Source: an uncultured Thermoleophilia bacterium
GTDB taxonomy: Bacteria; Actinomycetota; Thermoleophilia; Solirubrobacterales; 70-9
Assembly: GCA_963718595.1 (NCBI GenBank)
Contig: OY970365.1
Coordinates: forward strand, 965,994-1,029,993
Direction: 5' to 3'
DNA: 64,000 bases
Shown here: positions 48,488 to 57,154 of the stretch, piece after piece
Layout: each line of letters starts with the position of its first letter
Position numbering within the stretch: the first letter of the stretch is position 1
Translations under genes and position numbers: made by a program
The notes under the pieces: model-generated
What the model saw: only the letters and a program-made list of their open reading frames with translations
Databases searched by the model: none
Told to the model about the DNA's origin: nothing

Positions 48488-48631
48488 GGAGGGGTGGTGG
48501 TGGCCTCTCCGGGAATTTGTCGTGCCCCCTGAAGGGGGCTACTCCCTCATGTCGAGCCCGCCTATGGCGGGCAGAAATAAGGAAAGGGCCCTTACGGGCG
48601 ACATTCCCGGAGAGGCCACCACCACCCCTCC
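48488..48631. repeat. 144-nt hairpin with a perfect 29-bp G-rich/C-rich stem enclosing three mini-hairpins
   Basis: Arms ggaggggtggtggtggcctctccgggaat / attcccggagaggccaccaccacccctcc. Interior contains gccccc-tgaa-gggggc, gcccgcc-tat-ggcgggc, gccc-ttac-gggc. Confidence 0.85.
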
Positions 48632-48776
48632 CACGCCAGCGCTCAGTCATGGCGCCCTGCTGCTCGTCGGTCAGATAACGCGGGACGAACGGATGCTGTT
48701 GATCTGGCGGAACCAAACCTCCACCCGCACCTGCTATCCGCCTACGGGCTAGGGCTGAAGTAGCTGTCCGGTTTGT

Positions 48777-48904
48777 GGCGGTGTCGGGGGTGGGTGCGTT
48801 CAGCCTCCACAACTCGTTGCATATATCCGGCGCCGCCAGGCGCCGTCTAGGTTGCACCGGCTCTGCCGGTGCTAGGCGCAAACGCACCCACCCCCGACAC
48901 CGCC
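48777..48904. repeat. 128-nt hairpin with a perfect 24-bp G-rich/C-rich stem enclosing two mini-hairpins
   Basis: Arms ggcggtgtcgggggtgggtgcgtt / aacgcacccacccccgacaccgcc. Interior contains ggcgcc-gcca-ggcgcc and gcaccggc-tct-gccggtgc. Abuts the acyltransferase stop codon. Confidence 0.85.
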
Positions 48905-50959
48905 TCAGAACAGATCCGCTTCCTTCAGCCCTTCCCCGATCCAAGGACTCAAGGTGCGGGCGAAGGTCGCCGTGAGGTGCGACTTGTCGCGGTAGACGAG
49001 GGCGTTGCCGATCACGGCGCGGCAGAGGTCGCTGGGGCAGATCTCGTCGTTGATGTCGATCAGATGGGCAAAGGGGCTGGCTTTGGCGGCGCGGACGTCG
49101 TATTCCTTGTTCCAGTCGCGGACCCGCTTGAAGGCGCACTTGTCGAGGTTGTGGAGGTCTTCGGAGACGCAGCTGGGAACGTCGCTGGCGGAGGCGGGGG
49201 TGTCGCGAATGACCGCTACCTGCAGGCCTGCGCGGTCGATTCGGTCGAGGGTCTTGCGATAACCCGCTTCGAGCGCGTCGGCGCCTTCTTCGCCGCTCAG
49301 TTCGTTGCCCGCTTCGTCGAACGGCGTGTAGGCGGTGTCACCGCTCATCACGACCATCGCCCGCGATCCGCTCCCTTCGATCCGCTTCAGCGTCTCCTCG
49401 CGCCAGGCGTCGCACTGGGAGTACTCGCGGTCTTCGATCATGCTGCGGATCTTCACCTCGCCCGGCGTGCATTCGGCCTTGGTCAGGACGATCAGGCGCC
49501 ATCTGTTCTCGTGCGCCAGTTTCTCCAGCGGCGCGAAGTACTGCATCGCGTGCGAGTCGCCGAACAGGATCAGCGTCTTCGTCCCATCCGGATCGCCGTA
49601 GAGGCAGCGGTTGGAGTTGGTGCCGGCGATCCCGACCAGGCAGCCGTCGTAGAAAGCCTGCGAGCGATCCTCGCGGGCGCGCAACGGGTTCGGGCGCAGG
49701 GCGACGGCGCTGTCCTGGGGCTCGACCTGTTGATCGAGCGCGGCCGCGCCCTGGACCTCGGACAGCGGCGCCGTCTCGAGCGACGGCTGCAGGTCTTCGA
49801 GCAGGAGGACGCCGCCGAGCGAGAGCGCCATGCAGGCGGCCCCGAGCGCGAAGGCCCGACGCGGCATCCGCACCAACGCCTTGGCGCGGCGGAACGGTTC
49901 CTCGATCGCCCAGTGGGTGATCGCCGTGGGGATCCAGGAAAAGGCGACGACGGCGATTCCCTCGGCGACCGAGAGCGGTCCCCAGAGGGCGGCGGCGAAC
50001 ATCAGCAGCGGCCAGTGCCAGAGGTACCACGAGTAGGAGATGCCGCCGATGTAGCGAGCCGGGCGGGTCGAGAGCAGACCGCTCGCAGTCGCCTGGTTGC
50101 CGCTGCTCTGCAGCGAGGCGCCGACGAGGATCAGGGCGGCGGCGCCGAGGGTCGGGACCAGGGCGGCGACGCCGGGGAAGGGGGTGGTTGCGTCGAAGGC
50201 GAGGATCGCGTAGGCGATCGCCGCCACTCCAGCCCAGCCGAGCCCGATCGCCAGCCGGCGCGGCAGCGTCACGGCCCCCAGCAGCGCCAGCAGGCCCCCG
50301 AGCGCCAGCTCCCAGGCGCGGCCGAAGGTCGAGAAGTAGGCGGCGTGGGGCTGGGCGTCGGTGTAGTAGATGCCGAAGGCGAGCGAGCCGAGGAAGATCA
50401 GGCCGAGGGTCGCCCAGAGCACCGGTCGGACCGAGCGGCCACGGCGGCGGAAATGCCAGGTCACGGCCAGGATCAGGGTCGGCCAGACGAGATAGAACTG
50501 CTCCTCGATCGCCAGCGACCAGAGGTGCAGGACCGGGCTCGGTTCGATGTCCTGAGCGAAGTAGTCGACCGACTGCGCGGCGAAGTGCCAGTTGGCGACG
50601 TAGAAGACCGAACTGACGATGTCGCCGGAAATTTCGGCAACCCGCAGCGGCGAGAGGATGATCAGGCTGAGGATCGCGACGGTGACCAGAAGGGTGGCCG
50701 AGAGCGGCAGCAGGCGTTTGATCCGGCGCGCGTAGAAGCCGGGGATCGAGATCGTGTTGGAGCGCCCCAACTCGTTCAACAGCAGGCGGGTGATCAGGAA
50801 GCCGGAGATGACGAAGAAGACGTCGACGCCGACGTAGCCGCCGGCCGCGAAGGGGATGCCGGCATGGGCGAGCAGGACCGCGACGATCGCGATCGCGCGC
50901 ATCCCTTCGATGTCCGGCCGAAAACCGGTACTCGTCTTCTCTTGTCTGGCAGAAGGCAT
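48905..50959 (-). CDS. acyltransferase family 3 membrane protein with a C-terminal SGNH-like domain (OafA/OatA-like O-acyltransferase)
   Basis: 684 aa. FRPDIEGMRAIAIVAVLLAHAG...VDVFFVISGFLIT, about 10 TM, then a soluble domain with LFGDSHA. Confidence 0.85.
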   Translation of the reverse strand: MPSARQEKTSTGFRPDIEGMRAIAIVAVLLAHAGIPFAAGGYVGVDVFFVISGFLITRLLLNELGRSNTISIPGFYARRIKRLLPLSATLLVTVAILSLIILSPLRVAEISGDIVSSVFYVANWHFAAQSVDYFAQDIEPSPVLHLWSLAIEEQFYLVWPTLILAVTWHFRRRGRSVRPVLWATLGLIFLGSLAFGIYYTDAQPHAAYFSTFGRAWELALGGLLALLGAVTLPRRLAIGLGWAGVAAIAYAILAFDATTPFPGVAALVPTLGAAALILVGASLQSSGNQATASGLLSTRPARYIGGISYSWYLWHWPLLMFAAALWGPLSVAEGIAVVAFSWIPTAITHWAIEEPFRRAKALVRMPRRAFALGAACMALSLGGVLLLEDLQPSLETAPLSEVQGAAALDQQVEPQDSAVALRPNPLRAREDRSQAFYDGCLVGIAGTNSNRCLYGDPDGTKTLILFGDSHAMQYFAPLEKLAHENRWRLIVLTKAECTPGEVKIRSMIEDREYSQCDAWREETLKRIEGSGSRAMVVMSGDTAYTPFDEAGNELSGEEGADALEAGYRKTLDRIDRAGLQVAVIRDTPASASDVPSCVSEDLHNLDKCAFKRVRDWNKEYDVRAAKASPFAHLIDINDEICPSDLCRAVIGNALVYRDKSHLTATFARTLSPWIGEGLKEADLF

Positions 50960-50985
50960 GGGGGGAGAGGAATGGTAGGGCGCTT

Positions 50986-51837
50986 CTAGTCCGGGATGGT
51001 GCCCTGCGCCTGGCCTTCGGCTATGTCAGCCAGCCAGATCAGGGCGCTTTGCAGCACTTCCGGCTGCGAGCGCTCGGCGTGGTGGCCACCGAGCACCTCC
51101 CACAGATAGACCTTCAGGAACTTGTTCGCGAACTGCTCGCTCTGGGAGATCGGAACGACCTGGTCGTCGATCCCGTGCACGATCAGCAGCGGCTGCCGCT
51201 CGGCCCGGCGCAGCGGCGAGAGCCGGTAGCGGGCGGGCAGGTTGAGCGCTACCCGTTCGTAGTACCTGGGGCCGTACTGCCCCAGCGGCCATTCCCAGCT
51301 GACCAGGTTGGAGACCGGCGCCTTGGCGACGGCGGCGCCGACCAGACCGTCGCCGGAGAGCAGCGCCGCCAGGGTGCCGCCGGCCGAGGAGCCGTAGGCG
51401 TAGACCATCGTCCTGCCGCCGAGCTTCAGGCGCAGCCGCTTGGCTTCCGCCCGCACCGCCAGCACCGCCGCCGGCATGTCGCCCAACGGGTAGGTCGTGT
51501 AATGGGGGATGAAGCCCGCTTTGAGTGCGGCTTCGCGCGTGGTCGCTTCGAATTCGTCGTCGTCGAAGAGGAAGGAGCCGCCGTGCAGCAGGATCAGGTG
51601 CGGCTTTGGGCCGGCCTGGTGGCCAGCGCCGAGCTGCGGCTCCGGGTAGGCGTCGAATTTCGACTTCGCCGGTTTCGCCGGCGCGGCGGCGGGCGCCGCG
51701 GGCGCGGTGAGGAGGGCGAGCAGCAGGGCGGCGAGCAGCGCCAGCGCAGCGCCGCCGCGATGGGTGGACCGGGAAGAGCCGATACCGCCGAAACCCGGGC
51801 GGCGGCCGGTAGTCGCGGAGCGGCTGCGGGCGTTCAA
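50986..51837 (-). CDS. secreted alpha/beta hydrolase (esterase/peptidase S9-like)
   Basis: 283 aa. Signal/Tat-like N-terminus, LILLHGGSF, nucleophile elbow GSSAGG, LLIVHGIDDQVVP. Start overlaps the ileS stop by 4 nt. Confidence 0.8.
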   Translation of the reverse strand: MNARSRSATTGRRPGFGGIGSSRSTHRGGAALALLAALLLALLTAPAAPAAAPAKPAKSKFDAYPEPQLGAGHQAGPKPHLILLHGGSFLFDDDEFEATTREAALKAGFIPHYTTYPLGDMPAAVLAVRAEAKRLRLKLGGRTMVYAYGSSAGGTLAALLSGDGLVGAAVAKAPVSNLVSWEWPLGQYGPRYYERVALNLPARYRLSPLRRAERQPLLIVHGIDDQVVPISQSEQFANKFLKVYLWEVLGGHHAERSQPEVLQSALIWLADIAEGQAQGTIPD

Positions 51838-54800
51838 TTCCGCGCTACCGCGATCGTCAGTTCCATCCCGTCGATGCTGACCGTGGCGCCGTCGCCGGCG
51901 TCGAAGGAAACGGCGCTCGCCAGCACCTCCCCGACCAGGTAGGCCTGGTGCTCACGGGCGGCGTCCAGCAGCGCCTCCTCGCCGCCGAGCCCGAGCTCGA
52001 TCCGGTCGGTGATCTCCAACCCCGCCTCTTTACGCGCGATCTGGACCGCGTGGACGATCTCGCGGGCGAGCCCCTCGCGGCGCAGCTCCTCGTCGAGCTC
52101 GAGCGCCAGGGCAACCGCGTGCCCGGCCTCGGCCTCGACCTCGTAGCCCTCGAGCGGCTGCAGGGCGAGGCTGATGTCGTCGGGGGCAAGGGTGTGATCG
52201 GAGCCGTCGATCGAGATCCCGATCTCGCCGCCATCGGCAAGGACCGAAGCCACATGAGCGGCATCGAGCGCCGCCACCGCGGCGGCAACCTGCGGCATCG
52301 ACTTGCCGAAGCGCGGCCCGAGGGTGCGGTAGTTCGGCTTCGCCGTATAGCTCACCAGCTCGCCTTGATCACTGACGAAGTCGAGCTCTTTGACGTTGAG
52401 CTCCGCCAGGATGATCTCTGCCCGGGCCTCGATCGCGGTGCGCTCGCTCTCGTTGGCGACGATCACGGCGCGGCGCAGCGGCTGGCGCACCTTCGCCTTC
52501 GCCTGCGCACGGGCGGCGCGGCCGAGCTCGACCGTGAGCCGGACCGCCTCCATCCCGGCCTCCAGCTCGGGGTCGGCAAGGGCGGGGTCGACGACGGGGA
52601 AGTCGCGCAGGTGGACCGAGTCCTCGGCACCGCCGGAGCCGCCGGCGAGATTGAGATGGACCTCATCGGCGAGGAACGGCGTGAACGGGGCCAGCATCGC
52701 CACCGTCTCCAGCAGGCAGTGGCGCAGGGTCGCGAAGGCGGCCCGGTCGCCTTCCCAGAAGCGCCGCCGCGAGAGCCGCACGTACCAGTTGGAGAGCTCC
52801 TCGACGTACTCGGAGATCGCCTTGCCGGCGGTGGTGCAGTCGAAGTCGTCCATCCGCTCGCGCACGGTCGCGACCGTCGCCTGCAGCCGCGACAGCGCCC
52901 AGCGATCGAGGTCGTTCTCCGAATCGCGTGGTTCCTTACCGGCCTCAGGGGCCGAAAAGGAACCACGAGTGGGGAAGTCGTCGGGGCCGAGGCCCTCGGC
53001 GTTCGCGTAGAGGACCCAGAAGGAATAGGTGTTCCAGAGCGTCAGCATGAACTGGCGCACCGACTCGCCGACGGTGTCGACCGAGAAGCGGTAGCCGGCC
53101 CAGGGCTGCTGGGTCGCCAGGTAGTACCAGCGGAAGGCGTCGGCGCCGTGGGTCGCAAGCACGTCCCAGGGATCGACGACGTTGCCGCGGCTCTTCGACA
53201 TCTTCTGGCCCTCGGGGTCGAGGATCAGGCCGAGGCAGACGCAGTTGCGGAAGCTCGACTCGCCGAACAGCAGCGTCGACTCGGCCAGCAGCGTGTAGAA
53301 CCAGCCGCGGGTCTGGTCCTGGGCCTCGCAGATGTAGTCGGCGGGGAAGCGTTCGGCGAACAGCTCCTGGTTCTCGAACGGGTAGTGGAACTGGGCGAAC
53401 GGCATCGCGCCGCTGTCGTACCAGGTGTCGATCACCGAGTCGACGCGGTGCATCTCGCCGCCGCACTTGCCGCAGGGCCAGGTCACCTCGTCGATATAAG
53501 GACGGTGGAGGTCGTCGGGGGTGGCGGCGCCGGAGCGCTGGCCGAGCTCCTCGACCGAGCCGATGCACTCGACCTCGCCGCACTCGCGGTCGGCGCAGCG
53601 CCAGACCGGCAGCGGCGTCCCCCAGTAGCGGTCGCGCGAGAGCGCCCAGTCGACGTTGTTCTCCAGCCATTTGCCGAAGCGGCCGTGCTTGACGTGCTCG
53701 GGGTGCCAGCCGATCGTCTCGTTGTTGGCCAGCAGCTCCGCCTTCGCCTCGGAGGTGCGGACGTACCAGCTCGAGGTCGCGTAGTAGAGCAGCGGCGTGC
53801 CGCAGCGCCAGCAGTGCGGGTAGGAGTGCTCGTAGATCTGCTCGCGGAAGAGCAGGCCGCGGCGCTCGAGGTCGGCGATCAGCTCCCGCGTCAGCTCCGG
53901 ATCCTTGACGAAGCGGCCCTCGAAGCCGACGACGCGGCGGTCGAAGGTGCCGTCGGGAGCAACCGGGTTGTAGAGCGTCTCGCGCCGGGTCGGGTCGAAG
54001 ATTCCATTCGCCGCGGCCACCGCGTAGTCGTCCTCGCCGAAGGCGGGCGCGATGTGGACGAGCCCGGTGCCGTCCTCGGTAGTGACGAAGTCGCCAGCGA
54101 GAACGCTAAACACCGGCCGATGGGCCGATTTGTCAACCATGGGTTGACTTTTCGGCCCATCGGCAGCGGGGCCGCCGTCGCCGAGCTCGAAGACCGGGCC
54201 CTCGTAGCGGCGGCCGACCAAGTCGGCGCCGGGCAGGCGGTCGATCACCTCGGCTCCCTCCCCCAGCACCTTCTCGACCAGCGGCTCGGCCAGGACCAGG
54301 GTCTCGTCGCCGGACCGCACGCGCGCGTAGGTGACCTTGGGTGCGACCGCGACGGCGACGTTGCCGGGCAGGGTCCACGGGGTGGTCGTCCAGACCAGCA
54401 GCGACTCGCCCTCGGCGCCGAGCAGCGGGAAGCGCACATATATGGACGGGTCCTCGACGTCTTTGTAGCCCTGCGCGACCTCGTGCGAGGAGAGCGGCGT
54501 GCCGTCGCGCGGGCAGTAAGGCACGACCTTGTGGCCCTCGTAGAGGCGGCCGCCGTCGAAGAGCTTCTTCAGCGACCACCAGACCGACTCGATGTAGTCG
54601 TCCTCGAGCGTGACATAGGGGTGGTCGAGATCGATCCAGTAGCCGATCCGCTCGGTCAGCTTGTTCCAGTCCTCGACGTACTCGAAGACCGACTCGCGGC
54701 AGCGCTGGTTGAACTCGGCGATCCCGAACTCCTCGATCTCGTCCTTGGAGGAGATCCCCAGCTGTTTTTCGACCTCGAGCTCGACCGGCAGCCCGTGGCA

Positions 54801-55064
54801 GTCCCAGCCCGCCTTGCGCGGCACCCGGTAGCCGCACATCGTGCGGTAGCGCGGGTAGATGTCCTTGAAGACGCGGGCGAGGACGTGATGGGAACCGGGG
54901 CGGCCGTTGGCGGTGGGCGGGCCCTCGTAGAAGGACCAGACCTCGGCGCCCTCTCGGTTGGCGAGCGAGCGCTCGAAGACTTCGCCCTCGCGCCAGCGCT
55001 CGAGCACGCGCTGCTCGAGGTCGGGGAAGGACTGCTTGGGATCGACGGGTGTGAATCCAGGCAC
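51834..55064 (-). CDS. ileS: isoleucine--tRNA ligase (type 2)
   Basis: 1076 aa. PPTANGRPGSHHV (HIGH region), KMSKSRGN, TTEDGTGLVHIAPAFGEDD editing-domain block. Confidence 0.97.
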   Translation of the reverse strand: MPGFTPVDPKQSFPDLEQRVLERWREGEVFERSLANREGAEVWSFYEGPPTANGRPGSHHVLARVFKDIYPRYRTMCGYRVPRKAGWDCHGLPVELEVEKQLGISSKDEIEEFGIAEFNQRCRESVFEYVEDWNKLTERIGYWIDLDHPYVTLEDDYIESVWWSLKKLFDGGRLYEGHKVVPYCPRDGTPLSSHEVAQGYKDVEDPSIYVRFPLLGAEGESLLVWTTTPWTLPGNVAVAVAPKVTYARVRSGDETLVLAEPLVEKVLGEGAEVIDRLPGADLVGRRYEGPVFELGDGGPAADGPKSQPMVDKSAHRPVFSVLAGDFVTTEDGTGLVHIAPAFGEDDYAVAAANGIFDPTRRETLYNPVAPDGTFDRRVVGFEGRFVKDPELTRELIADLERRGLLFREQIYEHSYPHCWRCGTPLLYYATSSWYVRTSEAKAELLANNETIGWHPEHVKHGRFGKWLENNVDWALSRDRYWGTPLPVWRCADRECGEVECIGSVEELGQRSGAATPDDLHRPYIDEVTWPCGKCGGEMHRVDSVIDTWYDSGAMPFAQFHYPFENQELFAERFPADYICEAQDQTRGWFYTLLAESTLLFGESSFRNCVCLGLILDPEGQKMSKSRGNVVDPWDVLATHGADAFRWYYLATQQPWAGYRFSVDTVGESVRQFMLTLWNTYSFWVLYANAEGLGPDDFPTRGSFSAPEAGKEPRDSENDLDRWALSRLQATVATVRERMDDFDCTTAGKAISEYVEELSNWYVRLSRRRFWEGDRAAFATLRHCLLETVAMLAPFTPFLADEVHLNLAGGSGGAEDSVHLRDFPVVDPALADPELEAGMEAVRLTVELGRAARAQAKAKVRQPLRRAVIVANESERTAIEARAEIILAELNVKELDFVSDQGELVSYTAKPNYRTLGPRFGKSMPQVAAAVAALDAAHVASVLADGGEIGISIDGSDHTLAPDDISLALQPLEGYEVEAEAGHAVALALELDEELRREGLAREIVHAVQIARKEAGLEITDRIELGLGGEEALLDAAREHQAYLVGEVLASAVSFDAGDGATVSIDGMELTIAVARN
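54117..54163. repeat. 47-nt palindromic element (subtype II) inside ileS
   Basis: ccgatgggccgatttgtcaaccatgggttgacttttcggcccatcgg. Translated on the minus strand as ADGPKSQPMVDKSAHRP. Confidence 0.85.
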
Positions 55065-55108
55065 GAGGCTGCGGATTCTAGGAGCGGGCGCTCAGCGGCA
55101 GCGGGTCC

Positions 55109-55555
55109 TCACCAGACGAGGATGAAGTCGCCCGGTTCTTTGGGATTGGCGTAGACCGGCAGGACCAGGCCCTCGCGCATCTGGTTGGCGCTGAAGACGG
55201 GCATCACTTCGCGGCGCGTGAACTCGGTGCGGCCGACGCCGGGAATGTCGACGTCGAGCTTCAGCTTTATCAGCGGCATCTCGTTCACGGTCGTGTGCGA
55301 GTTGCCGACGCCGACGATCGTCGCGGTGCCCTTGATCCCGTTGCGGAAGATCCAGTCCTGGTGGGCGGCCTTGCGCTCGGTGTGGCGGGAGTAGAGGCCG
55401 AGCCCGACGGCGACGAGGACGAAGATGCCGCCGGTCGAGGCGATGATCAGCGAGGTCTCGAGGTCGGCGCCGAACAGCGCCGGGCCGACGCACAAGGCCA
55501 GGCCCAGTAGCCCGAAGAGGGCGATCAGAAAGTAGCCGGTGCGGTTGATCTGCAT
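55109..55555 (-). CDS. hypothetical membrane protein (2 N-terminal TM plus a beta-rich domain; DUF3592-like by architecture)
   Basis: 148 aa. MQINRTGYFLIALFGLLGLALCV...; 2-nt gap to the upstream ORF. Confidence 0.6.
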   Translation of the reverse strand: MQINRTGYFLIALFGLLGLALCVGPALFGADLETSLIIASTGGIFVLVAVGLGLYSRHTERKAAHQDWIFRNGIKGTATIVGVGNSHTTVNEMPLIKLKLDVDIPGVGRTEFTRREVMPVFSANQMREGLVLPVYANPKEPGDFILVW

Positions 55556-55557
55556 CG

Positions 55558-56154
55558 CTACTCCCCGCTCTCCCGGGCGATCCGCTCGGCGACCTGGACG
55601 GTCGCCTCACAGAGCGCGGCGAGTCCGTCGCTGCCGGGGTCGTCCTCCTCGACGCTGCCGAGCAGGGTGCCATAGGCGAGCTCGAAGGAGAAGTCGGCGG
55701 GGGGCTTGGAGGCGAGGTAGTCGACCAGCGCCGGCGAGAACAGCTGCCGCATCCAGTTCGGGTCCTGGAAGGGGCCGGTGCTGATCGTGTAGCGCTCGTT
55801 CAGCTTCGTGCTCTCGGTCCAGAGCTTGGAGTGGCGGGCCCCGAAGCCGTAGAACTCGTCATCGCGGGTGCTGCGGCCCTGGCGGATGCAGAACAGGCGC
55901 GGCGCGAAGGGGGTCGAGCCGGGGACCTCGACCAGGGCGACGTTGAAGCGGAAGGTCTTGTTGCGTTTGTAGGCGAGGTGGCCGACGATCCCCTCGACCT
56001 CGCCGGCGAGCCGGCCGCGGGCGGCGGGCCCGAGCTGGCCACCGACGGTGGACTCGACCAGGAGCGGCGTCAGCTGCCCGACGCCCACTGCCGGCACCAG
56101 CTCCAGGCCGCGCGCGGCGGCGAAGGCAGCGTAGGTCGAGTCCGGGCCGGCCAC
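55558..56154 (-). CDS. hypothetical protein
   Basis: 198 aa, normal composition, no recognisable motif. Confidence 0.55.
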   Translation of the reverse strand: MAGPDSTYAAFAAARGLELVPAVGVGQLTPLLVESTVGGQLGPAARGRLAGEVEGIVGHLAYKRNKTFRFNVALVEVPGSTPFAPRLFCIRQGRSTRDDEFYGFGARHSKLWTESTKLNERYTISTGPFQDPNWMRQLFSPALVDYLASKPPADFSFELAYGTLLGSVEEDDPGSDGLAALCEATVQVAERIARESGE

Positions 56155-56278
56155 GGCGGCAGCCTATTCGGCGGGCGGGACCCACCTCCACTGTGCTTTG
56201 TGTGCGCCAGGCGAACAAAAGGCACCGGGGAGCGATCTCGACATCGATCGGTGGCGAGATCTCGAATAGGGTTGCGCC

Positions 56279-57154
56279 ATGCCTACCTACGATCTCAACG
56301 GAAAAGTGGCTCTGGTCACCGGCGCCGCGCGCGGCATCGGCTACGAGACGGCGCGCCAGCTGCACACGCGCGGCGCCTCGGTGGCTGTGCTCGACCTCGA
56401 CCTGACCGCCGCCTCCGAGGCGGCGGAGCGGATCGGGCCGCGGGCCTTCGGGATCGGCGCCGACGTAACCGACCACGGGGCCATGCAGGCCGCCGTCGCC
56501 GAAGTGGTCGAGCGCTTCGGCGGCCTCGACGTGGCGATGGCCAACGCCGGCATCGCCCAGTCCCAGGTGGCAACCGTGCGCGGGATCAGCACCGAGGAGT
56601 GGGAGCGCGTCTTCGAGGTCGATCTGCTCGGCGTCTGGCGCACCGTGCGCGCGGTCCTGCCCCAGATCGTCGAGCGCCAGGGCCACATCGTCGTCGTCGG
56701 CTCCGTCTACTCCTTCGCCAACGGCGTCTTCAACAGCCCCTACGCGGTCGCCAAGGCCGGGGTCGAGGCGCTCGGCCGCTCGCTGCGGGCGGAGCTGGTG
56801 CCGCTCGGCGCCAGCGCCAGCGTCGCCTACTTCGGCTGGGTCGACACCAAGCTCGTCCAGGACGGTTTCGCCCGCCCCCACTCCGAGCGCGTGCTCGCCA
56901 ACTCACCCGACTGGCTGATGAAGCGGATCCAACCCGACGAGGCGGGCGCCGCCGTCGTCCGTGGCATCGAAGAACGCGCTCCCCGCATCTTCGCCCCCAA
57001 GTGGTGGCGCTACGTCTCCGCCTTCCGCGGCCTGATCAACCCGCTGCTCGACCGCCGCTTCGACAGCGACAAGGAGATGATCGCGACCGTGCGTGAGATC
57101 GAGGCCGCCACCGACGAGCAGGGCGCAGCCGCGGTCTCAGCCGTTACGCGTTAG
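56279..57154 (+). CDS. short-chain dehydrogenase/reductase (SDR)
   Basis: 291 aa. TGAARGIG and YAVAKAG motifs. Confidence 0.9.
   Translation: MPTYDLNGKVALVTGAARGIGYETARQLHTRGASVAVLDLDLTAASEAAERIGPRAFGIGADVTDHGAMQAAVAEVVERFGGLDVAMANAGIAQSQVATVRGISTEEWERVFEVDLLGVWRTVRAVLPQIVERQGHIVVVGSVYSFANGVFNSPYAVAKAGVEALGRSLRAELVPLGASASVAYFGWVDTKLVQDGFARPHSERVLANSPDWLMKRIQPDEAGAAVVRGIEERAPRIFAPKWWRYVSAFRGLINPLLDRRFDSDKEMIATVREIEAATDEQGAAAVSAVTR

Noticed and set aside
55065-55108. T-box leader upstream of ileS.
   Set aside because: Only 44 nt separate ileS from the upstream ORF, which is far too short for a T-box, and no specifier or T-box sequence is visible.
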